In this document: positions 1 to 8,644 of the stretch, piece after piece
How the letters are laid out: the number at the start of each line of letters is the position of its first letter
Position numbering within the stretch: position 1 is the stretch's first letter
Assembly (NCBI GenBank): GCA_964627535.1
Contig: CAZVJW010000007.1
Span: 3,144-67,143, forward strand
DNA: 64,000 nucleotides
Source: an uncultured Eubacteriales bacterium
Lineage (GTDB): Bacteria > Bacillota > Clostridia > Oscillospirales > Acutalibacteraceae
Direction of reading: 5' to 3'
Translations under genes and position numbers: made by a program
Notes under the pieces: generated by a model
Database searches by the model: none
The model's input: only the letters and a program-made list of their open reading frames with translations
What the model was told of the DNA's origin: nothing

Positions 1-747
1 TCCGATATCACCGACAGCATCCGGCAAACTGCATTCTGCCCTTGAAATCCCGGTTACTGCTGTCGGCTTAAAAGCGGGAACTTCCCCCAGATGAGGAACT
101 GCTTTTACAGAAGATTTCGGTGTAGCGCCCTTAAACGCTATATAATCCATTGATCGAGGAATAGCCGGAACCTTGAATCCACTTTTAATCGGTTTCTTGT
201 CAACCATAGGCGAGTAGTCAACGGCGGAAAGCGTAACCGGTACATTCACTGAAGCGCCGGAGATGGTTACATTAAAAGGTTTATATTTTGCTTGTTTGCT
301 GACAGCAGGCACGGTAAATTTGCCGCTTTCAACCTCAACGATTGGTAACGGCGCAAACTCAGGCTGTGGGTTGACAGCAGGCACGGTGAATTTGCCGCTT
401 TTAACCTCAACGATTGGTAACGGCGCAAACTCAGGCTGTGGGCTGACAGCAGGCACGGTGAATTTGCCGCTTTTAACCTCAACGATTGGTAATGGCGCAA
501 ACTCAGGCTGTGGGTTGACAACAGGTACGGTGAATTTTCCGCTTTCAACCTCAACGATTGGCAACGGAACAAACTCAGGCTTACAGATGAAATCGGAATT
601 AGTCAAGCCGGAGTCTCTCAAAGGAGATTGTTCCCTGTCGAATTTTGCAAACTTACCCTTAAGCTTCAGGATAACTTCGGTCATTTCATATTCGAAGAGC
701 TCTTTACGCCTTTCGATTTCTTCCCGAGTCGATAAGGTGTTTTCCAT
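1..747 (-). CDS. Repeat-containing protein, 3'-partial (continues past window start). N-terminus MENTLSTREEIERRKELFEYEM...; carries ~4.5 tandem copies of the 24-aa unit PQPEFAPLPIVEVKSGKFTVPAVS.
   Basis: Absent from the supplied ORF track because there is no stop in the window. The minus-strand phase is open from the ATG at 745-747 (RBS GGAGGA ~8 nt upstream, rev-comp of 755-760) down to nt 1, with no TTA/CTA/TCA triplets in that phase. The track ORFs 263..895(+) and 267..572(-) are off-frame readings of the same 72-bp repeat. Confidence 0.6.
   Translation of the reverse strand, partial: MENTLSTREEIERRKELFEYEMTEVILKLKGKFAKFDREQSPLRDSGLTNSDFICKPEFVPLPIVEVESGKFTVPVVNPQPEFAPLPIVEVKSGKFTVPAVSPQPEFAPLPIVEVKSGKFTVPAVNPQPEFAPLPIVEVESGKFTVPAVSKQAKYKPFNVTISGASVNVPVTLSAVDYSPMVDKKPIKSGFKVPAIPRSMDYIAFKGATPKSSVKAVPHLGEVPAFKPTAVTGISRAECSLPDAVGDIG
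299..586. repeat. 72-bp tandem repeat x4 (fourth copy diverged), in-frame within the 1..747 gene
   Basis: gacagcaggcacggtRaatttgccgcttt(c/t)aacctcaacgattggtaacggcgcaaactcaggctgtgggtt recurs with 72-nt period (299, 371, 443, 515). Confidence 0.9.
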
Positions 748-818
748 AATTATCCTCCAACAAGAATTTCAACTGCAGTATCGACAGCACCTTCCGTCGA
801 TACTACAGTCTGTTCGAT

Positions 819-1127
819 TCAGGCTCCAAGGGTCTGCGGTATATTTGCAGCGAGCTGACCATCTGTTTTACTCATGTTTTCCGCACTTGCTCTGATTTCC
901 GCAGCAATAACGCCGACGATTTGTGGAATGTTCATATGGAGATGTTCAAAAATCGCGCCCTCAAGGAAAGTTACAAACTTGTCTCTTGACTCGCCTTCCC
1001 AACTTGCGATAGCGGTCTTCACGGAATCAACCAGTGTTTCAGCCGCTTTTTTGTATTGATCTGCATAACCGTCAACTTCGACTGCAGCAGATTCCATTTC
1101 GGGATACTTGTAAACGATGTCTGCCAT
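819..1127 (-). CDS. WXG100-family protein (EsxA/ESAT-6-like), 102 aa
   Basis: ~100-aa helical protein with a central W-E-G motif (..AIASWEGESRDKF..), compare S. aureus EsxA ..AANWEGQAFSRF... Strong RBS AAGGAGTGA 5 nt upstream. Confidence 0.75.
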   Translation of the reverse strand: MADIVYKYPEMESAAVEVDGYADQYKKAAETLVDSVKTAIASWEGESRDKFVTFLEGAIFEHLHMNIPQIVGVIAAEIRASAENMSKTDGQLAANIPQTLGA

Positions 1128-1148
1128 TGTAATTCACTCCTTTTTAAA

Positions 1149-1463
1149 TTATTGGGCTCCGCCCGGATTTGTGTTGCCGTCGCCAAGCTGCGGGTCAAGA
1201 TTGTCAAGCAGTGTGTCTTGGATGTTTGCAAGGATGTCTTTGAGTGCTTTGGCGACGGAAGTGATGCCATCCGTCAGCGCCGGTGTAACGGTACTGTTAA
1301 AGAACGCCTTACAACCATCAGAACCGTCACCGTTCCAATTGGAAGCAGTCAGAGAATTCAAGGTGCCTTGAAAGCTCTGATAGATGCCGTTTGCGGTTGA
1401 CTCATACGTTTCGACTGCACTTGTCGCGTCCGCAATGTTCGCGTGGGTGAGAATACTTGCCAT
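1149..1463 (-). CDS. WXG100-like small helical protein, 104 aa (motif SNWNGDG)
   Basis: Size, central W-x-G, tandem position beside the WXG100 gene; RBS AGGAGGA. Confidence 0.55.
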   Translation of the reverse strand: MASILTHANIADATSAVETYESTANGIYQSFQGTLNSLTASNWNGDGSDGCKAFFNSTVTPALTDGITSVAKALKDILANIQDTLLDNLDPQLGDGNTNPGGAQ

Positions 1464-1503
1464 TGTTCTTTTCCTCCTAATAAAAATTTATTTTACTCAC
1501 CAT

Positions 1504-1827
1504 TTACCCGTGATAGCTCGCAATCGAGCTGTTCAGGTTCCTGTACTCATCAAAAACAGACTGATACTTGCTTTTTGACGTGTTCAGAACTTGGGAAATG
1601 TGGTTAAGTACGAGTTTTTGGTCGTTCAACGGCCGAAGAAGGTTCGCTTCGCAAGAATTATAAAATTTTGCTCCGCACGGTGTCTCAAACCCTTTGCTGA
1701 GCGTTTCGAGCAGGTTATTAATCTTATTGCTCAGGTTTTTAATGTCTCCGCTCAGCTTGACCAAGTCAGCCGAAGCCTTTGAAAAAGCCTCTTCGTCAAT
1801 GGTGATGTCCTTATCGAAAAGTCCCAT
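1504..1827 (-). CDS. Small helical protein (~107 aa); possible WXG100-like/Lap-type T7SS accessory protein
   Basis: ORF-track ORF 1504..1836. The ATG at 1825-1827 (MGLFDKD..) has RBS AAGGGTGA and overlaps the TPR gene stop. No recognisable motif beyond size and context. Confidence 0.4.
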   Translation of the reverse strand: MGLFDKDITIDEEAFSKASADLVKLSGDIKNLSNKINNLLETLSKGFETPCGAKFYNSCEANLLRPLNDQKLVLNHISQVLNTSKSKYQSVFDEYRNLNSSIASYHG

Positions 1828-1832
1828 ATAAA

Positions 1833-3143
1833 TCACCCTTCCGCAAGTTCTTTACGACAGTCTGAAATATATTTATTCAGCTCGGTCTTCAACGCTTCCG
1901 GCATAAGTTTAATCAATTCCTCAGCCTTGACAAACTTGCCGTTTTCCGCATAAAGGCGAACCCTGAAAATGATGGAAAAGATATCCTGCGGTTTTTCAAA
2001 CGCCTTGTTTCTAAAGAAAGCAATCGCGTTATTATACTTTGATTCCGCAAGATTTGCATCCAGCACACTTTTGCCTGCGAGTTTCCTTGAGGCATAAGCG
2101 TCTGCATAAGTGGCAAAATACACATAGTATTCGTTTTCGCTCAGCTTCAGCTGTTCGGCAAGCTCGGCAGCTTCTTCGTACTGCTCTTTGCCGAAATAGC
2201 AGGACAGCTTAATGAATGTTGCTTTTTCTTTTGTCTGTTCATTTTGTTCAATGGTATCGACACTTGCCAAAGCATCGTCAAAACGTCCCAGTTTCAAATT
2301 GATCTCCGACTTGGAGAACGCAATGTTGACGAGGGTCTCAATCGGCAAATCCGGCGTAACCTCAAAGCCGGCAAGCAGACCCAAGGCTTCCTCGTAATAT
2401 TTTGCTGTATTCTCTTTATCTTTGTCCGCTCTCACAGCGGCAAGCATAACCTTGTCAAAAACCACATCGGCTACATTGGATATATCCGCGGCAATGTCTG
2501 CATAACTCTCTGCTTCGGCAATTACAGCTTCCGCTTTATCGTACTTGCCCATCGCGGCAAGAATCTGAAAGTAAATCTGGTAGCTTCGGAATTCTGCCGG
2601 GGCAAGCATCTTCAGCTGAATAGCATAGTTTTCGGCATGGGCGTAATCCTGTGACTCAATATAGAGTTGCAGACGCTTAAGCAATATTTCTTTGGTATCG
2701 TTATTAACCGGTCCGAAACTATCGCATTTATCGAAGTTCAGAAGAGCCGACTTTATATCGCCCATCATGTAGTTGATCATGCCGATTTGATAATACAGCT
2801 TTTGCATGGTTATGTCCGCACAACCGTATTGCTCGGCCTTCGCGTAATTCGCCAATGACTCACTAAACTTTTCAACTCCAAACTTGATGTTACCTAAATC
2901 AAAATACTTCACGCCGTTCGTTTCGTCATTCTCCACAGCTTTCTCCAAGAATCCTTCCGCATCCTGCAACCTGTCGAGAACAAGACACGCCTTGCCGGCA
3001 CCTGTGTATGCGTCCGTGTTTGACGGGTCCTTTGCGATAGCCTGCTCGCACAAATCCAAGGCAACATCATATTGCCCGTTTGTGAACGCCACCTCCGCAT
3101 TGGTCAGCAGCTCCTTAACCGCTTCGATATTGTTTTCGCTCAT
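1833..3143 (-). CDS. TPR-repeat protein, 436 aa
   Basis: Repeated 34-aa TPR-like units (..YDVALDLCEQAIAKDPSNTDAY.., ..ESLANYAKAEQYG..); RBS AAAGGAGAGG. Confidence 0.7.
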   Translation of the reverse strand: MSENNIEAVKELLTNAEVAFTNGQYDVALDLCEQAIAKDPSNTDAYTGAGKACLVLDRLQDAEGFLEKAVENDETNGVKYFDLGNIKFGVEKFSESLANYAKAEQYGCADITMQKLYYQIGMINYMMGDIKSALLNFDKCDSFGPVNNDTKEILLKRLQLYIESQDYAHAENYAIQLKMLAPAEFRSYQIYFQILAAMGKYDKAEAVIAEAESYADIAADISNVADVVFDKVMLAAVRADKDKENTAKYYEEALGLLAGFEVTPDLPIETLVNIAFSKSEINLKLGRFDDALASVDTIEQNEQTKEKATFIKLSCYFGKEQYEEAAELAEQLKLSENEYYVYFATYADAYASRKLAGKSVLDANLAESKYNNAIAFFRNKAFEKPQDIFSIIFRVRLYAENGKFVKAEELIKLMPEALKTELNKYISDCRKELAEG

Positions 3144-3209
3144 TGCTTACCTCTCCTTTTTCGTTACTTGATAATTATTCGCTTTTTACCATCAGTGGAT
3201 GATTTTCTG

Positions 3210-4406
3210 TTAATGAGCAGGTGTTGGTGTGTATATGCTCTTTGCGCCTGCTTTCAGTACATTCTTTGGGAGGTCGTCAAATAATTTTGCTACTGTGCCT
3301 TTAAAGAAAACTTTCCACGACATTTCGTCTGTATAGCCTTTTGTAATCATTGTCAAGCCCCTCTTGTATACTGCAGAGAATGAATTTCGACCACTATTAA
3401 TCCCGGTTACCTTTAAAAACTGGGGTGCCGCATTCTTGCCAGTACCTAACTTTGATACTAATCCCCCCACTGCTCCCACGGCTAATCCAATCGCTCCTGC
3501 AATCGCCATATCAGAAAAAATTTCGTCTGTGGTTTTACCTTCGAGTGTTCCTCCGATAAATTTAGACATATAGCCTCCCACGGCACCACCAAGAGCAGGA
3601 TGGCCGCAAGCAGTCATGAGACCAGTGATTGCACCGCCTGCAACAGCACCGACATAGGTTTGCCAGCTTGAAAGACCTTCTTGCTTACCGGTAACCATCA
3701 TAATAACGTCGCTAATCAACTGACCTCCCGCACCGCACAATGCGCCGATACTGGCACCGATTACCGCCGCAAACAGAGCACCCGCCACCCCGAATGTCGC
3801 TACTGTTAACACAGCCACAGCGACAACAGCGACGGCAACAGCGACGGCAATTAAGATTTCTTTCCAATGGGTTATAGCCCATTCCTTGATACCATTTAAA
3901 ACATTAAGATAAGCTTCACCAACTGACAGAAAGAACTTTCCTATTTTTGCTACAACACCGCCGATGCTGTTGATAACATCGCCGACAACACCGCAGAAAC
4001 CGCTGATTGCGCCGCCGACGCCGCTGCAGAATCTGTCCCAGTCACTAGGCGGAGCGGGTGGCCTGAGCCATGGGTTTGTCCGGTAAAACGCTTCCGTGGA
4101 ATTTTTGACAATACCCGCGACGGATTTGTCAACCCGGAGGGATGTCTGAATGAAGTTGTCTGTTTTGCCTCTGACATTCTGAACAGCAATTTTCCGTGTT
4201 TCCTCGGCCGTTTTGCGTGTATTAATGTAGCCAAGCGCGGTACTCAGCGTACCGACGCCACCGCTTATTCCGCAGGTTTTGTTCGTCACGTTCTGAAAAC
4301 TGTTTATTAAACTGTCGCTGGTTGCGTTATTAATGCCTACTGTTATTAAGGAGCACACTCCGTTAAAAAACGAATCCAAGCCCCCGGCGTTAATCTCCAA
4401 TCTCAT
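3210..4406 (-). CDS. Glycine-zipper membrane protein, 398 aa; candidate membrane-permeabilising toxin domain (TelE/TspA-like architecture)
   Basis: Three Gly/Ala-rich hydrophobic segments with GxxxG/AxxxG zippers (..FGVAGALFAAVIGASIGALCGAGG.., ..YVGAVAGGAITGLMTACGHPALGGAVGG.., ..MAIAGAIGLAVGAVGGLV..). The internal AVAVAVAVVAVAV stretch is encoded by a 12-nt microsatellite. It lies in frame with the upstream ORF across a single TAA. Confidence 0.55.
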   Translation of the reverse strand: MRLEINAGGLDSFFNGVCSLITVGINNATSDSLINSFQNVTNKTCGISGGVGTLSTALGYINTRKTAEETRKIAVQNVRGKTDNFIQTSLRVDKSVAGIVKNSTEAFYRTNPWLRPPAPPSDWDRFCSGVGGAISGFCGVVGDVINSIGGVVAKIGKFFLSVGEAYLNVLNGIKEWAITHWKEILIAVAVAVAVVAVAVLTVATFGVAGALFAAVIGASIGALCGAGGQLISDVIMMVTGKQEGLSSWQTYVGAVAGGAITGLMTACGHPALGGAVGGYMSKFIGGTLEGKTTDEIFSDMAIAGAIGLAVGAVGGLVSKLGTGKNAAPQFLKVTGINSGRNSFSAVYKRGLTMITKGYTDEMSWKVFFKGTVAKLFDDLPKNVLKAGAKSIYTPTPAH

Positions 4407-4433
4407 GTCATCACCCGCTTCTTTAAAAACTTT

Positions 4434-5000
4434 TTAGAATAAGTTTATTATTTCGGTTACCTGCGCCAATCGTTTCTCCATGTTATGTTTCTGAGAATTG
4501 AAGCCATTCAGTGCATTTTCGGCAGAACTTTTTTGATTTGCGTATTCGGCGCGGTTCCGGCTATTGGCTCGTTGGTTTCCTTCAGCGTTCTCTTTTGTCC
4601 GCTGTGCCTGACGGTATTGTGCTTGAGCCTCTTCCTTAGCCCGCGCATCAGACGTTTTATTCATCTCACGCTTATAATAATCCATGTTGTTGCTTGCATT
4701 ACGGATTGCCGACGAATAGTTTGTGCTGTCGCAAGCGCCGATTTTGGCATTCAGGTTATTAATAGTATTTTCGGCACTTGCAATACTCCTTTTCAGCTTA
4801 GCAATTTCCTGTTCCACACGGGATTTTTCTTTGCGGTACTCGCTGAGGGCTCCTTGTGTATTGGAGTCCTGCTTAACTGCAAAGATGCTGGAAAAATCAG
4901 CGCCGGCCATTCCACTGCACTTGATTGCACTCAGGAAAGTTGCTCCGACTGATTTTATGGAGTTGTTGGATGCGTTGATGCATTCCGATATAGTGGGCAT
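4434..5000 (-). CDS. Coiled-coil protein, 188 aa, Q/N/A-rich C-terminal half; possible N-terminal (LXG-like) carrier domain of a split polymorphic toxin
   Basis: RBS GGAGGT 7 nt upstream. The predicted helical coiled coil (EEAQAQYRQAQRTKENAEGNQRANSRNRAEYANQK) is in frame with 3210..4406, separated only by TAA + 9 codons. Confidence 0.45.
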   Translation of the reverse strand: MPTISECINASNNSIKSVGATFLSAIKCSGMAGADFSSIFAVKQDSNTQGALSEYRKEKSRVEQEIAKLKRSIASAENTINNLNAKIGACDSTNYSSAIRNASNNMDYYKREMNKTSDARAKEEAQAQYRQAQRTKENAEGNQRANSRNRAEYANQKSSAENALNGFNSQKHNMEKRLAQVTEIINLF

Positions 5001-5108
5001 TCGCTTTACCTCCGTTCAAGAATTTATTTGGTACGATGTGAACTTCCAAATGGAAATCTAAAAACTAAACTAAAGCACATTTTCAGGTAAATCGCTATCG
5101 AATCTGCT

Positions 5109-5747
5109 TTAAAGTCCCGCTCTGGCGCCCCATACTGCCAATTCCTTGCAGTTACGGAGCCCAAGCAATTCCCGGATACTGACGAGTTGATTCCTTAAAT
5201 GACCTTCGCTGACAAAAAGCTCTTTGGCAATCTCGGCGTCTTTTTTACCCGCTGTTATCCAGCGTATAATCTCCCTCTGCTTTTCCGACAATTTTTCGAT
5301 ATCTGCATTTGTTGTGCGAATTTCTCTTTTATCTGACAGTTGATCATGTATTGTTTCTCTAACCCCATTTTCGTAAGTCGAAAAACCCATCGATGTGCTT
5401 TTGATGATGGATATCAGTTCATTGCTTGTATGTCCTTTGTAAAGGTATCCGTCGCAGCCGCTCTTGATGGCAGCAATTTCGTTATCCTTGATCTGATAGA
5501 ATGTTAAAATTAATATTTTAATATTCGGATCCGTCCGCTTGATGAGTCCGCATACTTCAATGCCGTCCATCCCAGGCATCTTAATATCCAGCAGTACGAT
5601 GTCCGGCTTTATTTTCAGACAGCTGTCAACCGCTTCCATACCACTGTTAAACAACCCCGTGACAACGATACCCTCTTTGCCGTCAATATTCCTTTTTAAC
5701 GCCCTGGCAGCTTCGATATCATCGTCGACGATAATGACCAGAATCAT
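5109..5747 (-). CDS. Response regulator, NarL/LuxR family (REC + LuxR-type HTH)
   Basis: N-terminal VIIVDDD..LLDIKMPGMDG receiver motifs; C-terminal LSEKQREIIRWITAGKKDAEIAKELFVSEGHLRNQL HTH. Confidence 0.9.
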   Translation of the reverse strand: MILVIIVDDDIEAARALKRNIDGKEGIVVTGLFNSGMEAVDSCLKIKPDIVLLDIKMPGMDGIEVCGLIKRTDPNIKILILTFYQIKDNEIAAIKSGCDGYLYKGHTSNELISIIKSTSMGFSTYENGVRETIHDQLSDKREIRTTNADIEKLSEKQREIIRWITAGKKDAEIAKELFVSEGHLRNQLVSIRELLGLRNCKELAVWGARAGL

Positions 5748-5775
5748 TAATTTACCCCCCCAAACAGATTACCGT

Positions 5776-7473
5776 TTAGCATGCGTCTGAAATAACCAAA
5801 AACGGCAGTGTTGCCTTAATATTGAAACCTCCGCCGTTTGGTGAGCCGAAACTGAGCTTGCCGCCGAGCGAGTCGACTCTTTCTTTCATACTGTTGAGAC
5901 CATTCTTTGGTATAATATACTCGCAGCCTGCGCCGTCATCGGTGACGAAAAGCTTCAGCACGCCGTCTTCACTATGAAGTGTCACTGTAACATTGTTCGC
6001 ACGTCCATGCGCAAAGGAATTACTGATGGTCTCCTGGCAAATAAAATAGATTGTATCGCCAAGCTTTGTTTTGCTGATCTGACTGTCGTTTGCTATATTA
6101 TGAGAAAAATCAACATGCATCCCTTTGATCCGCAGTCTGTAAAACATGGTATCCAAAGCCGCTAACAAGCCTTTTTGCTCTATATCAATCGGCTTGAGCT
6201 CATCTACAATTCTTCTCAGTTGCACAAATGCCCCAATCGATTTATCATAGGAAATCCGCAGGCAGTCTTGAACCTCTTGAGTATCGGAAAAGTTGTTAAG
6301 CACATATTCCAGGTTGGAACTGATGACATTGATGCTGTTGCCCAGGCTATCGTGCAAATCATTCGAAACACGGTTCCTCTCGCTTAGCAAGGTTTGAATC
6401 CTGTACTCTGTCATATCCTTAAAAACAGCTAACTTTCCAATGGGTTTTTTACTTCCGGAATATAATGGTGAAATATTGACAGTATATTGTCTGCAGCCCT
6501 TTTTCGGCCAATACATAACCAGCGTGTCCTCATAAGCTTTATCTTGGTTCCCAGCCAACAGATTTACAATCTCGTCAATTTTGTTTTTATCTTCACAATA
6601 TTGATCCAGCGATTCAATTATTTTTCTGAAATCCACATATGGCTTACATACAGTTATTCCTTCGAAATAAAGATCGGCTGCCTCGTTGGATTCGATAATT
6701 TGCCAATTTGAATCGATAATAAACGCTGCTTCGTTCAATGTGGAAAAAATCTTTTGTGATGCCACCGGTATGATTTCTATCAAACGGTGTTTTAGGATAT
6801 ATACCGTGAGAACCACAAAAAAAACAGCTAAACTCGGCAGAGTCAGGTATATGCCGAGCTCCGTTAACGGTTTGACCATCACTTGTAAAATTTGAAGCAG
6901 GAGCGGCACACACACTGCAAGCGCCAACGGCCGAATACTTTTTTCCCCTCTACCTCGAAGCGTTCTGCCTATTAAAACAACAGCGGCAATGATGTAAAGA
7001 AATGAAAACACTTCACTGACAATCATCAGAATGCCCCAGACATCCTCATAACCGCCAAATTTTTTTGACTGTAGAACAAGATGAAAATACTTGAATGTAA
7101 ACAGAGGCCAGACACACAGCAGTTGCGGCAGCAGTACAAGAGAGATGATTTTGAGCTTGTTTCCTGAACTAATGATTCCGGAATAATAAAATGAAAAAAT
7201 TAGAAACAGCGCGCCTATGAACATAGTCGGCACCAAGGTAAGCCGAACATTAAAGTACATTTGCGCCTCACTGGAGGACATAAGCTCATTCATGTATAAA
7301 ATTATCCAAAAAATCAGGCAAAAATAAAATATTGTAAGACTGTAGAATTCCTGTGTCTTTTTTGCCCGGATAAAAATAATCGTGGCAGTCACGACGCACA
7401 AAATCAGCAAAGTCGCGTATGTCAACAAATTTAATTTCAAAACAAAGGTCAACAGCCTCACCCGATCCAACAA
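5776..7473 (-). CDS. Sensor histidine kinase, multi-pass membrane (about 7 TM), HisKA_3 + HATPase_c (ComP/DegS-like class)
   Basis: N-terminal ~230 aa of TM helices; H-box ..RNRVSNDLHDSLGNSI..; ATPase motifs ..VTDDGAGCEY.., ..LGGKLSFGSPNGGGFNI... Confidence 0.85.
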   Translation of the reverse strand: MLDRVRLLTFVLKLNLLTYATLLILCVVTATIIFIRAKKTQEFYSLTIFYFCLIFWIILYMNELMSSSEAQMYFNVRLTLVPTMFIGALFLIFSFYYSGIISSGNKLKIISLVLLPQLLCVWPLFTFKYFHLVLQSKKFGGYEDVWGILMIVSEVFSFLYIIAAVVLIGRTLRGRGEKSIRPLALAVCVPLLLQILQVMVKPLTELGIYLTLPSLAVFFVVLTVYILKHRLIEIIPVASQKIFSTLNEAAFIIDSNWQIIESNEAADLYFEGITVCKPYVDFRKIIESLDQYCEDKNKIDEIVNLLAGNQDKAYEDTLVMYWPKKGCRQYTVNISPLYSGSKKPIGKLAVFKDMTEYRIQTLLSERNRVSNDLHDSLGNSINVISSNLEYVLNNFSDTQEVQDCLRISYDKSIGAFVQLRRIVDELKPIDIEQKGLLAALDTMFYRLRIKGMHVDFSHNIANDSQISKTKLGDTIYFICQETISNSFAHGRANNVTVTLHSEDGVLKLFVTDDGAGCEYIIPKNGLNSMKERVDSLGGKLSFGSPNGGGFNIKATLPFLVISDAC

Positions 7474-7818
7474 TCATTATCTTTATTAATATAATAACAG
7501 ATAATTTTAATTAAGCAAGATGATAAATGTAATATTTTTCCGATTAAGGTTTTTCACATCAACATCATGATAGTATAAATGATAAGGACAAAATAAACAT
7601 TAATGGGAAATAATAAACAATGTTTTTGATGGAAATTTTTTAACCCAATATAAAGACGGAGCAGTAAATACGTTTTATTATGGCGTAAGGAGATGCTTTT
7701 TTGCTATCTCTCAGCTACTTCGTGCCAGCTCCCCTACATATGGGAGCCAAGACCGAGTGGATTTCGTGCTTGCCTCGCCTTCGCTAAGGAGAGGTGGCTG
7801 CGCAGCAGACGGAGAGGT

Positions 7819-7848
7819 AAAAAAAGCAGCTTCAATTGAAGCCGCTTC
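7819..7848 (-). terminator. Rho-independent terminator for the 7904..8580 gene (hairpin gcttcaattgaagc followed by T7 on the minus strand)
   Basis: Perfect palindrome plus a run of 7 A on the plus strand (= T-run on the minus strand). Coordinates +/-2. Confidence 0.5.
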
Positions 7849-7903
7849 CGGTACACCACAGGGGGTGTACCCTTCATATTTAGGATGAATATTGAATTTG
7901 CTC

Positions 7904-8580
7904 TTACCCTTTAATGAACTTCATTATCTTTTTTACATCCGCCAACGGGTTGAGCTTATAAACCTGCCCCGTAATTTTTTCGATGGCTTCCGGTTCTGTA
8001 ATACTTGCTGCTTCGTCAAACACATCGCTGCCGAAGAAGCTTTCCGTTGTGCAGAACACCGTTGACGACCAGCCGTATTCCTCCCCTATATGCGAGGCTT
8101 TTCTTTGCCTGCCGCACATGGTGATGTACATCTTCATCTGTAGCTCGACGATAGCTCTTTCAAAATGGGAACTGTCTTCTTTTGAAAAATTTCCAAATTG
8201 TTTGATTATATGAAACGGCATGCTTTCGTTGTCGCTCACCAAACCGTAAATCCTTTTGGCAAAGACGTTCATTGTACCGTCTGAATAAGCTTCTTCAAAG
8301 CTTTTGCCGCCCCGGCGAACAGCTAAAAAATACGGGTACCATTCTTTGTGATGAAGCCGCTTTTATTGATGAATAGTTTTGCGTATGCGATATCATCGCG
8401 CTCTTCCAAAACACGCATGCGCCATTCCCACGGGTCCGTTTCGGGGTCATCGGTGTGCCATGCTATTTGGCTGCCGAACAGGGAACAAAGCGAAAAAATG
8501 CCCTCGCTGTTCTCGCCGCCGGTTGAAAATCCGGCGTCAAGCAAAGCGGCTGTGAAGTCATTAAAATTTTGTATTTCCAC
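7904..8580 (-). pseudogene. Hypothetical protein split by a 1-nt frameshift in an A-run (ORFs 8323..8580 + 7904..8272 would fuse to ~215 aa)
   Basis: The frame of 7904..8272 stays open upstream to beyond 8345. Adding one A to acaaag (around 8335) gives a continuous ..FINKSGFITKEWYPYFLAVRRGGKSFEEAYSDGTMNVFAK.. protein. Confidence 0.45.
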
Positions 8581-8644
8581 TTAATTCACCTCAACTTATT
8601 CCTCTGTTCATTTATCCTAAGTTTTTAAGGTAAGGGTAAGAAAA

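Noticed and set aside
263-895. Track ORFs 263..895(+) and 267..572(-) with repetitive translations
   Set aside because: Both are alternative-frame readings of the 72-bp tandem repeat. The coherent gene is the minus-strand frame open from 747 to the window edge, with an RBS and a plausible N-terminus.
7480-7700. Possible comQ/comX-like quorum genes upstream of the ComP-like kinase
   Set aside because: No ORF of suitable size. The region is AT-rich promoter-like sequence only.
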